From assembly GCF_009914755.1 (NCBI RefSeq), contig NC_060930.1: a stretch of DNA of 64,000 bases. The stretch is one strand, 5' to 3'. The translations under genes were made by a program, and so were the position numbers. The notes under the pieces are model-generated. The model made no database searches and was not told the origin of the DNA. It saw nothing but the letters and a program-made list of their open reading frames with translations. The DNA is from the human T2T-CHM13v2.0 reference genome, Homo sapiens. Positions 14,136 through 28,311 of the stretch are shown piece after piece; the stretch's first letter is position 1; every line of letters starts with the position of its first letter.

Positions 14136-15624
14136 AGGCCAAGTATTTTAATACATCCTCTTGTAATTCTTACACCTCTCTGTGCTGTAGGCTCTGGTAT
14201 TATCTCCACTTTGTGGCTGAGGAAACAAAAGTTTCAAGAGATTAACTATCTTTCCCAGATCTGAATGCTCTTAATGCCTGTGTTATGGAGGCTCTTTTGG
14301 ATTTTTTTCTCATTAGTTGGTATTTGTCTTAAATGAATAATACAGTAATAATAGCTATATCTATAAATCCAAAGCTGGTGCTCATCACCATTGTTTGAAA
14401 GATTTTATGTAAAAGTGTATGTTTGTGTGTATAATATCGCTATATAAATTCTTTCTTAAATACAATGTACAAAGTCTGATCTTATCTGTAAAGATAATAA
14501 GAAAATACTAAATCTGAATTGGAGACAAGATAATATTGTTTACTTATTAAGAGCATCATGGGAAGGCTTGAAAATAATATAGTGGAAAGTTAAACAAATG
14601 GGAGTGGGGTATTAAAATGGAATAGCAGTGCTTGAGATTTAGTGAGACACCAGTAGGATTCTAGGGACAGCATTTTAGAAAACGCTTTGTCCATGGTGAC
14701 TTCTTTTTTCCTTGGGGCTATAACAAAGGACATTTTGTTAATAGAGCAATTTATATTAAATCCCTTCCTGAGCCCAAGAAAACCTGGATTTTTACTTCCA
14801 GGTTATATTTCTCTCATTCTTCCAAGACCAAGGTTTGAAAAAAGCTCGAAAAGCAGGATTCAATAAATACATGAGCTTGCTAGGAATATTTAGACACTCG
14901 GTCTTGTGACTGTGGAAAATCATTCACTCTAGCAGAACCCAAAGGGCTTTTATTTCCAGTTATGGGAAATACAATCTGGGTGAGATGGAGAATGTTCTTT
15001 AAAGGGTGATGTTTGTGGGTCACTTCAAAGTTACGCTTGCTTACCTAGGGCTCTCTCCTTGAAGAAACTTTGTTAACGTCAGCATCCATGTTTCCGTTTT
15101 TAATTTAGAAGATGCATTTCTCCTCCCCATTCACCCCCACTTCCTGTTTTCTGGTAGGCTTTGCAGATTCAAAATGCCTCTCAGGACACAGTGTAGGGGC
15201 AAAGGACATGGTGCCAAACAGTCAGCCATGATTTAGAACAATCAAGGTCCCCTGGATGTATTTTTCTACTTTACCAGCAGTTTGATAACTAAGGACTATA
15301 AACTTTGAATACTGAGTCCAAGTCCCTGTAGACTGTTCTGTTCACAATTCAACTCCTACGCTGCTTTATAGAGAACAACACTGGCTCTTGCCTTTAAAAA
15401 AAAAAAAAAAGGTAATTTCTGGTTCTTCAGGCATACTGAAACATGATATTTTCCAAATGTTTAGAAACTATGATACAGGAGAAGACCAAGATGACAGTAT
15501 TCTTATGCATAATTTTTTTAGGTTTTCCTTTCCCTATTTATTACTTATGGTAGCAGATAATCAGCTCAAATAAGTTATTTGAATATATAGATTCATTTTA
15601 GAAGGATCTATTTGGAAGGATCCA

Positions 15625-15885
15625 TTTGGAAGGATTGCTTGAGCCCAGGAGTTCGAGACTAGCCTGGGCGATGTGATGAGACACTGTATTTACAAAAATA
15701 CAAAAAAATTAACCAGGTGTGGTGACATGTGCCTGTAGTCCCAGCTATTCGAGAGCCTGAGGTAGGAGGATCACTTAAGCCTAGGGAGGCCAAGGCTGCA
15801 GTGAGCCGAGATTGCACCATTGCTCTGCAGCCAGCCTGGGTGACAGAGTGAGACCGTGTAACAAAAAACAACAAAAAAAAAACAA
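15625..15885 (+). mobile_element. 5'-truncated AluJ
   Basis: Begins at ggattgcttgagcccagg; A-rich tail. Confidence 0.9.
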
Positions 15886-15887
15886 GA

Positions 15888-15914
15888 ATATATATATATA
15901 CACATATATGTGTG

Positions 15915-15951
<37 letters not shown>
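15888..15951. repeat. Compound (TA)n/(CA)n microsatellite
   Basis: Direct reading. Confidence 0.95.
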
Positions 15952-15957
<6 letters not shown>

Positions 15958-16069
15958 AGACATTTGTTTTACTAAGTGAGATGCTTCTCTGAGCCTTCCT
16001 TTGTGTAAAGGGATAGTGGAGACAGCTGAATTTCTCCTGGATGCAGATGCCCATTTCAGGAGAGATGTC

Positions 16070-16255
16070 TAATGACGTTTTACAGCTTTCAAAGTGCTTT
16101 CACATGGTTCATTTCATTTGATCCTTCTACAAATCCCCTGAATCAGCATGGCAGAGGTTCTCCCAACTTTAGAGATGTGCAATTTTGGCTTAGAGATGAA
16201 AGGAATTGCCTAAATTTACATAACAAGGAAATGACCAAATCAGATTGGAACACAG
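16070..16255 (-). mobile_element. MIR
   Basis: tttcaaagtgctttcacat...tcatttgatcct. Confidence 0.65.
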
Positions 16256-16257
16256 CC

Positions 16258-16405
16258 ACAGTGCTTTTCAAAACTCACCTGGAAATCTTGTTAAAATGCA
16301 GACTCCCATTCAGTACGTCAATGGTGTGGCCACAGATTCTGTATTTCTTATACTTTGCCATGTGATGCTGACATCCGTGGTTCCTGCTAGGCAATAGTTT
16401 AAATA
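16258..16405. mobile_element. MER5A-like DNA transposon relic
   Basis: cagtgcttttcaaa...tcacctggaaatcttgttaaaatgcagactc. Confidence 0.65.
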
Positions 16406-18789
16406 GCCAAAATTCTAGACCATAACACCTTATATAAATACAAATTGGTTGAATATGTATGGGAAATTTATTTCTCAAAAACCATCTTCAAAGTTGTCCC
16501 TTGAGTAAATGCAAGACTCATGACCCTACTAGATATGTCTCTATGGTCATGTGGCTGTGCTGTTCATACTCTTTCACTCAAATCTGTCATTGCGTTGGTC
16601 AGGGAAACCCCCATCCTATGCTTTGTATTCAATTCTCTCTTTTTCACTTCACACTGTTAATCACATCTGCCCACCTGTCCCCAGTCCTTAAGTAGCCCAA
16701 CTCTTCCTTCCAATTTTGTTGCACCTAATTTTCAAGATTTAAAGATAAATTTTTACTAAAAATTTTCCCCAATTGAATCAAACTATCCCAATCCATATCT
16801 CAGGGCCTCAATCAGTGTGCATATGGAAATAATACATGTATTAACTTTTTTGTAGTCTATCATGTATTCTATGTAAGCCACACGTTTGTGTAGATAACAT
16901 TTACTATGAGGGAAGAATAGATTTTTAACTGTAATCCTCTCGTGGATAAATTTCTTCTAGGTAGAGAAGTATGTCAAGATTATGTCTTAATTAGGCAGAA
17001 TGAGTAAGGAGTACCATGTTGCAGATAACAATGGGAGGTAATGATTTGTACCATGGCTTCTGGAACCACACACAGACTTGATTTGAATACCAGAATTTAC
17101 AATCTATATGAGCTAAGCAATTTATCTGAACTTCTCTATACAAAGGAAATACTCAAGGGAGTACTTATTTCTTCACATTAAATGTTCAATAAATCTTAGA
17201 ACAACATTTTCTGTTTTGCAGAGAATAGTTAACACAGGCCTGCGGTTGTAAAAATATAGCATGACAAATTGCACTTTACCATCAATTTCATAACGTTGTA
17301 CACAAGGATAAGGTGCTGAGTGAATAGATTCATTATTAATTGATAAATATATACCCTTGAAAGCTAGAGAATATGATCCTGAAGTCTTTGCTTTATAAAA
17401 CTATAAGATTTGTTTTCCAGTTAAAAAATAAGATTATTATCTATACTTACAAAGCACCAAATAGAACTCTTGTGCTTTCAAAATGAGGATTTTTTTAAAA
17501 AAAATGGAAGATTCTTATTAACAAAACTCAAAACAAAATAATCTGTGACCTTTGTAATTATCGAGTTTATTTTCTGTAAGGTGTGAAATATCAAACTAGG
17601 TAATTCTTATTGGCTATAATTAATATATACAACATCTTTTAAAGTATTAATAATTCTGAAGCTTGTTTGTATGTCTGTTTGAAATCTAGAGAGAGTTTGA
17701 ATGCAGATCCAAAACCTCAGTTTTTTTTCCCATAGCTTTGCCTCTATTGTAACTTCTGTCATTGACAGATCATTGTGTCTTAAATTTGTTTGGTTGCTCA
17801 AGGCTTGCTTCCCCAAGTTTAAGCTGTTAACCTGCTGAGGGGAGTCAGGGTGTGAGGCAGGTAATTATAGGACAAACTTATGGGGTTTGTGTGTGAATTT
17901 TGGTCGTGAGGAAGATGTTGAATATGGATAGTTCCTAGGGAGGGAGATGCTAAAGGAAAACAATAATAGGAAAGAATACATTATGTATATTAAGGAAAGT
18001 AAAGAGCTTGGCTTTAGTAAACTGCCCCTAGGATAGAATGGAGAAAGATAAATACAGTGGAGCATGTAAGGATCAACTGATAAACTCCCACGTGGTGGTG
18101 GGATTTGAATGCCCTGCTAAAAGTTTCCACTTTGCTTTAAGTCTTGCTGATTAGAGAAATCACATGATGAAATACGTTTTAGTGATATTATCCAGGCATT
18201 AGTGTGTGCAAGAATGGCTTGGGTCCAGGAGAGATTGAAAGCAGGAACTCACTTAGAAGTCAGCTCAATCAATGCAGTGTGAGGTAAGAAGTGGTATCGT
18301 AGACAAGTAGCTGTGGCAATAAAGAGGGCAGGACAAGAGAGGAAAAACAATTGCATTAAAAGGATCAGAACATTCCATTCTGTCTGTTTGCATTTGAGGA
18401 AATAGAAGAATGGGAGGAATCTACCCTAACTAGAGGATGCAAGCCCAATGAACCAGCAGAACCGTGTCACAAACAGCAAGGCCAAGAGATGATTTGTTTG
18501 GTTTTATTTATGTTGCTTTGAGATAATTCCAGAATCTTTAAATTGAGATGCTTTGCTGTCAATTGACTGTCACCTAAAAGGGTCAAGAAGTAAAATGGAG
18601 AAGAAGCATACAGAAGAGGTGCTTTGAACTGTACAACCAAGTAAATTTTCTAATGAGATAAATTGAAAAGGAGAAGATACAGGGAGCTAAGGATGGGATC
18701 ATGGAAAAGAGTAAAGAACTGCAGACAGGAGGAGGAATGGTCAGTGAGGTAGGAGATAAATCAGGCAGAAGGCAAAGTGGAAGGGTCTC

Positions 18790-20028
18790 TTTCTTTTGTT
18801 TTAATAAAAAAAAATTGTGTATACTTGTAAGTATTCAGAATGACAACAAAAGAGCTGCGACTATTTTTTTGCAATTAAAGTGGTATTCAGTTAACAGAAC
18901 AATGATTATTTTGCATAAGTTGCATCAGAGACAACCGAAAATGTAAAGAACTACCATCCCCATATATAACAAATTTGTGCTGTGCACCAACAAGAACCTG
19001 CTTTAAATTTCATGCCAATTTACAACCTCCATACTGTACCAGGCAAGGTTAGTGGCTATTGAGAATATCACCAAGACGGGGCTATTTAAAGACACAGTGG
19101 GTTAGTGTGTTAATTATACAAAAAAAGATACTGTATAGTTTAAAAACAAATCTTACATAGCCTTACATTTCAGTTTCTTTCTTTAGAATAAATGAGTTGT
19201 GTACAAGAGGGTTAAATGTTTTATAGACAAGAAAAAAACTATGCTAGAACCAACTTATTCATCATCATCATCTTCTTCATCTTCATCCTCTTAATCTTCC
19301 TCCTCCTCATCCTCTTCATCTTCCTCATTTTCCTCCTCTTCCTTTTTCTTACCTTTCTCAGCCTTGGCAACTCCCTCTTTAACTGCCTCAGGTTTTCCTT
19401 TAGCTTGTTGTGGAGCAATATCCTTTTCATATTTTTTCTTCAGGTTCACAGCCTTCTTTTCCTAAGGATGCTTGTCATCTGCAGCTGTGTCGTTCCACAG
19501 ATTTCCCACCTTCTTCACAACACCACCAATGGATAGGCCAGGATGGATGTTCTCCTTTGATTTTTTAGTGATACTTAGAACACAACAAGAAAAAGGCCAA
19601 AGGAGGCCTCTTGTGTGCATTGGGATCCTTGAACTTCTTTTTTATCTCCCCTTTAGAAGGGATACAGGTTCTCATTTCTCTTTCATAACAGGCCTTGTCC
19701 GCCTCTGCCATATCTTCACATTTTTCTTTTCTCTTTAGCAGACATGGTCTTCCACCTCTCTGAGCACGTCTTAGAAAATTCTGAGAAATTGACCGAAGCA
19801 TCTTTGTGCTGCTTCTTGTGCTCCTCCCGACAAGTTTGCACAAGAATGCTGTGAAGACATTTTGCCTCTCAGCTTCTTAGGATCTCCTCTGCCCATGTTT
19901 CATTATTTTTCTTCATCAAGGCACAGAGTCACCCTGTGCCAGTCCAGCTTTCACTTGCCCCAGTGCTGTCTCTATGGAGCTCAGTGTACTGCAATGATGG
20001 TGAGAGTGACAGCCAGACACAGACTCCC
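18790..20028 (-). pseudogene. HMGB1 (pseudogene): HMGB1 processed pseudogene (5' UTR, CDS remnant 19896-19255, 3' UTR, poly-A remnant)
   Basis: Minus strand reads [15 protein letters not shown]..., ...[15 protein letters not shown]...[22 protein letters not shown]..., then the acidic E/D tail and TAA; intronless; frameshifts and premature stops; degenerate TSD tggaag(g/a)gt(c/t)t at 18778-18788 and 20029-20039. Confidence 0.97.
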
Positions 20029-20508
20029 TGGAAGAGTTTATTGAATGATGAATAATTAATAGTACACCATGCAGCAGAGAACTAGGGGATAGGTTCCCAG
20101 GGAAGACTGTGTCCTCTTTAAATTTACAACTTGCCTCTCAATATTTATGCACACACTGCTACATGATGTAAACATTGGTGTAAACATTGAAATATTTATC
20201 ATAGAATAAATTTAGATAAAAAGCGATAAAAATAAAACAAGATTACTAATTTTTGATTAAATTTATGTGAGAAAATAGGTACAGTCTTTTGAGCAAATTG
20301 CAAAGAAATTGATTTCTATAGCAGTAGTATAAGGATAATAATAAAAATTATGTAATATACTGAGCTACTGCAATCACAAAAGCATGTATACTATGATGTG
20401 AATGAACTACCCACACTTCTAATATCAGCCTCCTCACTGGAAGTGGATAAGATCGATCTCATCTACTCTTGTTCTGCAAGAATAGATCCCATCGATTCTT
20501 TGCTTTCT

Positions 20509-20820
<312 letters not shown>

Positions 20821-20939
20821 AATTCTTTGCTTTCTAATGGGCCATTTCTGTCAGCAAATAAAAATGCTACTCAATTTTAACCTGTGATTTAAATTTTTTT
20901 TCTCAACTTCTTTTTTTCTCTTTCAGTTTTTGCCCATTT

Positions 20940-21990
20940 TCTCAAAAAAGGCGACTTTACCAGCTGCCTTCAATTTCTCTTTCCCCATTGCTTCTTGATC
21001 CATACTAAACAGTCTTTCATTCCTATCATTTCATTCCATCACAACAGCTTCTGTCAAAAGTTACCAGTGACCTCCATATTGCTAAATCCATTAGTCTCTC
21101 AGCTTCCTGTCACTCAGCCTATCAGTAGCTTTTGACACTGGCAGTCACTTCTGAGAAAGACTTTCTTCACGTCGCAAACTACACATAACATGGCCCAAAC
21201 AACTAACCTTTCAAACGTGCTCCTCCTTCCATGGTAAAAGGCAATTCTATCATCCCCACGGCTTGGAGAAAAAAACCGTGTTGTTACCTTTGATTTCTTT
21301 CTCTGAAACCCCACATCCAGTCTGTTAGAAAACCCTACTGGCTCTACAATCAAAATATCTCCAGGAATATGGCCCCTTCTACTCTTGATGGAAGATGCTA
21401 TCATCCCCCACCTTGGTTATTACTAGCCTCCCAACTCATTTCCTTGTTTCCACCCTGTGCTTTCCTATGGTCTATTCTACACAACAGCCAGAGATTCTTT
21501 TAAGCAGTTGTTGTATAATACAATTTCTTTGTTTGAAACTCTCCAATAACCTCCTATGTAACTCAGAGTAAAAGCCAAACTCCTTATGATGGCCTATAAG
21601 ATCCTACATAACCCGGTGCCTGCTACTTCTCTGATCCTGATGTTCCCGATAACCTCGATATGCTCACCTTAGGAAAACTGAAGTTGATGAGTCCTTTGCT
21701 TGGATACCCATGTGGCTCACTGTCTCAATTCTTTTAGGAATTTGCTCAGATTTTACCTTTTCAATGGGACCCTTCTTGACCTGCCTATTTAAAATGATAA
21801 GTCCTGGCCCCTTATGCCCCTAGTCCCATACCATACTTTATTTTTCTTTTCTGCACTTGCAACCTTATGACAACATTTTTTTTTTTTTTATGAACTCCAT
21901 TGGAGTAGGAGTTTGTTTTTTCATTCTAGTATTCAAGCACTTAGAACTGATTCTGGCCCATAAGAGGAACTCAATATATATGAATGAATT
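20940..21990 (+). mobile_element. L2 3' portion (~1 kb)
   Basis: gacctccatattgctaaatcca; gtctattctacacaacagccagag; actcagagtaaaagccaaactcctta; terminal tgaatgaat. Confidence 0.8.
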
Positions 21991-22329
21991 AAAATAAAAA
22001 CAAAATTAGCCTAATTTGATTTAATGAAATTGCTTGCATTCACCTTATATTGAACATCTGGAAAGTTGTTTCTATTGACTTTGGAGTATTTTAGATTCTG
22101 ATCCAGTGATAATCCAATGATATATTTCAAGTGTTGTTTAAGTGTTTTAGGAAATATTGGTTTCAATGGGAGTATTACTTTATGGAAAGTAATCTACATT
22201 TGTAGTAAATGCATCAAGAAACTGATATATGTGAGAAGGTCCTGGCATGGATTATCAGTGATTATCAGCTTCATAACCATGTTCTCCTGGCTATAAATAT
22301 GTCTCACTTTCCATACTCAATGATTTAAT

Positions 22330-22684
22330 GAGAGGCAATGTGGTCAAATGGAAAGAATCTGAAATTTCAAGTCTGAAGTCTAGGTTACTCATCAATTGGG
22401 TGACCTTGCGTAAATTACTTAACTTTTGGGGGGATATTTTCCTCCTTTAAAAAAATGATAACAACAGTGAGTTGATTGTAACAATTAAATGAAGTCTAAG
22501 AAACTTGTTGAGAGCATGTACTTCATTTTGTTCATTGTTGTGTTCTCAGGAATTGTCACGTGTGAACAGCGAGTGGCACATAGTATGATCAATAAAATAA
22601 ATATTTGTTGAATGAATGAAAGAATAACATGTGCAAAGAACCCAGACAAGTGCCTGGCACAATGTAGGCACTTAAAAAATGGTA
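22330..22684 (+). mobile_element. MIR interrupted by a short L2 3' end (~22520-22625)
   Basis: gggtgaccttgcgtaaattacttaac core; L2 tail aatatttgttgaatgaatgaa; MIR end aagtgcctggcacaatgtaggcact. Confidence 0.6.
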
Positions 22685-22965
22685 GCACAGGCACAGCGTC
22701 TCTTGTCTGTAATCCTAGCATTTTGAGAGGCTGAGGCAGGAGTATTGCTTGAATCCAGGAGTTTGAGACCATCCTGGGTAACATAGGGAGAGCCCATCTC
22801 TATAAAAAAATACAACAGTTAGCCAGGTGTGGTGGTGAGTGCCTGTAGTTCCAGCTACTTGGGAGGCTGACATGTGAGTTTCGTTTGAGCCAGGGAGGTT
22901 GAGGCTGCTGTGAGCCACTGCACTCCAGCCTGGGTAACAAAGCAAGACTCTGTCTCAAAAACAAA
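22685..22965 (+). mobile_element. AluJ
   Basis: Diverged dimer; ggtagc flanking repeat. Confidence 0.9.
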
Positions 22966-23640
22966 GGTAGCTATTATAATAGGTATTAGTAAATTAACTG
23001 TATTTCTTTAGTTATACTATATTGAAGAGCATAGAGTAGATTCTGGCTGACTTCAGCTGTTTATTCCTCTTTAGATAGATTTGAAGATGTTTGATTGAGT
23101 TTACAGAATATTTTAAACACTGGAACTAGAAAGTATTTTCACTTGCTTTTCTCTTGATGAAAAGAACAATTAAATACCGACAGTATAGCTGTAGTTAAAA
23201 TAGAAGCTGCAATAAATTTTGGTTAACAGTTAATGTCAAAACAGTTTTTTGGAGTTTTTCTACAAATTTGGTGGTAGAACTATAAGTAAGTGGTCCTGAG
23301 GCTTTCAATTGAACTGTTCACCCATGGCCTCCTTGCACAATGCTACCAGAGTAGGACCTGGATGTAGCAATTACCCAGTTATAGCACCTTGAAAGCAGAC
23401 CTCTGCTGATGTATTCAATGGCTTTTAGGACAGCATTGCCCTTTGGACACAGAGGAGTTAACAGCAGAAGAACTAGAATTGGAAATCTAAGTTCAGGTCC
23501 CATGGATTCAGTAACTAGCCATGTGATATTAAATTATTTGACTCAGTTCCTGATCTGTTAAAGATGGATAAAAAATACACAGCTTGTCCACCTTTCACTG
23601 TAATTTAGAAAGGAAAAGTATATATTTTACCTAAGGATGT

Positions 23641-23993
23641 TGCTATGGTCTGAATGTTGTGAATGTTTGTGGCCTCCTAAAATTCATACATTGAAAACCT
23701 AATCACCAATTTAATGGTATTAGGAGGTGAGGCCTTTGGGAGGTGATTAGGTCATGGAGGCAGAGCCCCCATGAATGGGGTTTGTGTCCTTATAAACAGG
23801 GCTGTCCCCGACTATGTTAGGAAACAGTGGGAATGTGCCATCCATGAACCAGAAAAATGGGCTCTCAACAGACAGCAAATTTGCCTTAATCTTGGATTTC
23901 CTAGCTTTCAGAAATGTGATAAATAAATTTCTTTTGTTTATAAGCTACTTAACTTTTGGTATTTTGTTATAGCAGTCAGAACAGACTAAGACA
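23641..23993 (+). mobile_element. MLT1A-like MaLR solo LTR
   Basis: tgctatggtctgaatgt...ttgttatagcagtcagaacagactaagaca; 5-bp TSD gatgt/gatgc. Confidence 0.88.
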
Positions 23994-24480
23994 GATGCTT
24001 TGGTAGCAAGCAACAAAATAACAACTAAAGCTTGTTTAAATAAAGGGAAAGTTTTCATAAGATATTAGATATATGAAACCAAAGGTAGGATGTGTAGGCA
24101 GGCCTGAGTGAGGTGCTGAAATAGAGAACTAGAAAGCCCTCAGAAACCACAGCATTTTAATCCACCCACTTTCTCTGCATCATTTGTGTTCATCACATAG
24201 CGATGGGTTTCTACTTTCTTTTCTTGGTTTTCTTCATAGACCAGCTCTGTTGGTTGGCTTATTAACACAAAAATAAGGTGTTAATCCCAGCCACCAATTC
24301 AGTAACTTGACAGGTAGAGTACCCTCAGAAAATGAACTGGGCCTCTCTGTATTTTAACTGGAAATTCTCCGAAGAGAGAATCACAGAGACTGCACTTGGA
24401 TTAGGTGACCTTTGGGTCCAATCAGCCATGCCTGGGTTCTGGGTCATATGTCTTTCTGTGCATTCAGTGAGTCCTGTGGG
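23994..24480 (-). mobile_element. Older MLT1 LTR (host of the MLT1A insertion)
   Basis: gatgctttggtagcaagcaacaaaataacaactaaagcttgtttaaataaaggg resembles an antisense MLT1 3' end. Confidence 0.5.
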
Positions 24481-25239
24481 AACATTCTCTCTGAGAAAGG
24501 GGGTATGAGTAGATCTTAAAACAGTGTTAGGAAGCACAGGGAAATCATGGGCAAACAAAATGATTGATTTTTCCAGTCCAAGTCTTTAAATTTAATTGGA
24601 GATTAAAAATAAATATGTGAAAAATTTAAACCAATAATATGTATGTCTTTCCCCATATCTTGATTTTTTTTATGCAGAACAGATTTATATTGTTAAGATA
24701 AGTGAGTTTCTATGATTCAAAAAAGTTAATTTTGCTCAAAGAGGTGTCTAATTACAAATACGGAGTAGTAGTACAGGGCAGAAGTGTATGTTCAGAGTGT
24801 TTCATTCGGTTATAGTCCTACAACTTTCTTTTTCCCCATGTCAGAGTTTCCCACTTACTTAATGTTCAATTCTTTTATCTGAAAATAAAAACAAAACAAA
24901 ACAGGACAAATAGGCAAACAAAAAACTCTGGAGAACGTTTTGACCCTCATAAAAACACAGAAAAACAGAGCTTGTTTGGAAAGTCTTCAAAAAGTTATGT
25001 TTGGCCTCTGGGGTATATGATTTGTTTTTATTTCTGTTTACGTAATGCATTTTATATATTATTATTAAATATAAACATATTAAATATTATGTAATATTTA
25101 TGTTACACATGTATTTATATTACCAAGTCAGCGTTGGATGGGCTCCAGTGTGTTTTTGGTTACCTCAAAGTAACCTGAAGGCTCTCTTCTTTCTCTTTAT
25201 TAATGTCTTTGCAAGCATTTCTAAATGAACTTTATTTAT

Positions 25240-27000
<1,761 letters not shown>

Positions 27001-27704
27001 TCTTTTGCATGACTGTTTAGTTTACTGAAGATTGTTCTTAAAATTTGTTTAAGAATGTCCTTTTTAAAGAGGAGATTACATGGGTTTTACCTATATTTTC
27101 TATTAGTTTAAAATTTCTTTTTGTAGTAACACACTTTTATATTGAACTGGAATTTATTTGGGTTATGGTTTCTGCTGGATGTCTCAGACTGTTTTTCTTT
27201 CTAAATAGCTTATTTCATTCCAGCAAAACTGTCTTAGGATCTGGCCCATTGATATTATACCAATTCCATATGTATATATAATTGTAGATTTGTAATGGAT
27301 TTTAATATATAGTAGGTCTAATCACCATTATCGTCATTTCCATTGTTCTTTTTTTGAATAGTTGCACATGTTTCTTCCCTTAAATAAATATTATAATCTT
27401 TTCTTTCCACATTGTATTAAGAATAGCAAATTTGTATGTTCACTGAGATTCTAGTAACCCTCTATAACTATCTTTTACTAAAGTTTCATTGTTTTCTTGC
27501 TTGATAACTCTCAGTACTTGATAGGAATTTTAATCTATATTAATGTCACTCAATAGGTTTCAAAGCTTAGGTGAATATCTATAGAATATTGTCTTAGGTG
27601 AACATATATAGGTAAATATTTATTGTTTGTTCACTCATAAATATTCTAAATTCTATTCCAACATGAAGCCACAGAGAGCCACAACTCTGCACAACATTGA
27701 CTTC

Positions 27705-28311
27705 TGAGAGAGGAGGAAGGAAGAAACCAGGTCAGGCAGGGAGTTAGGGTGGGTCCTTGGTAAAACTTCAAACTAAGAACAGCCTGAAAATCAAGCTACA
27801 GGCCCCAAAATGGAAACACCTACTATGAACCCAGATGAACAAATTCCACTCCTTTTTTGGACATATTTCTCTCTCCTTGGTGTGCCTTTTTCTTGTTTCA
27901 CGTGCTTTCTCCTGATTGGTCCTTACTGTTCACCTATTTTACATATTCTGTGATTGGCTGAGGGCCAAATCTTCGTTTGGATAAAGTAACATCACTCCAG
28001 CCCCTGTTTGGTTGTGGGCCAAGCCTTCACCTCTGCCTCCAAATGATTCTTTTCACTATCCTTTCTGTTTCTGAGTGGTGCCTTCTCCAAGATGTGCAGA
28101 CCAGTCCTCCTTCCCAGGCCATAAAACCCCCGAACTTAGCTCCTCAGCCAGCAACCCTATTTTGGGTCCCCTCTCCTTGCTGAGAGCTTTTCTGTCACTT
28201 AAGAAATCCGACTCTGCCTTACTCACTCTTGGTGGCTGTGTGCCTTATTCTTCTTGGTCATGAGACAAGAACCTGGAGCTTGCCTGTGGTGGGAATAAAA
28301 GAGTTGTAACA
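27705..28311 (+). mobile_element. ERV1 solo LTR, MER61-like
   Basis: tgagagaggaggaaggaagaaaccaggtcaggcag...aataaaagagttgtaaca; TG...CA ends; 4-bp TSD cttc/ctcc. Confidence 0.75.

Noticed and set aside
19216-19536. 106-aa very hydrophobic ORF resembling a membrane protein
   Set aside because: It is the antisense reading of the GAA/GAT/GAG acidic-tail codons of the HMGB1 pseudogene; no independent evidence of expression
19565-19843. HMG-box-containing ORF as a functional gene
   Set aside because: Frameshifted fragment of the processed pseudogene ending at a premature stop
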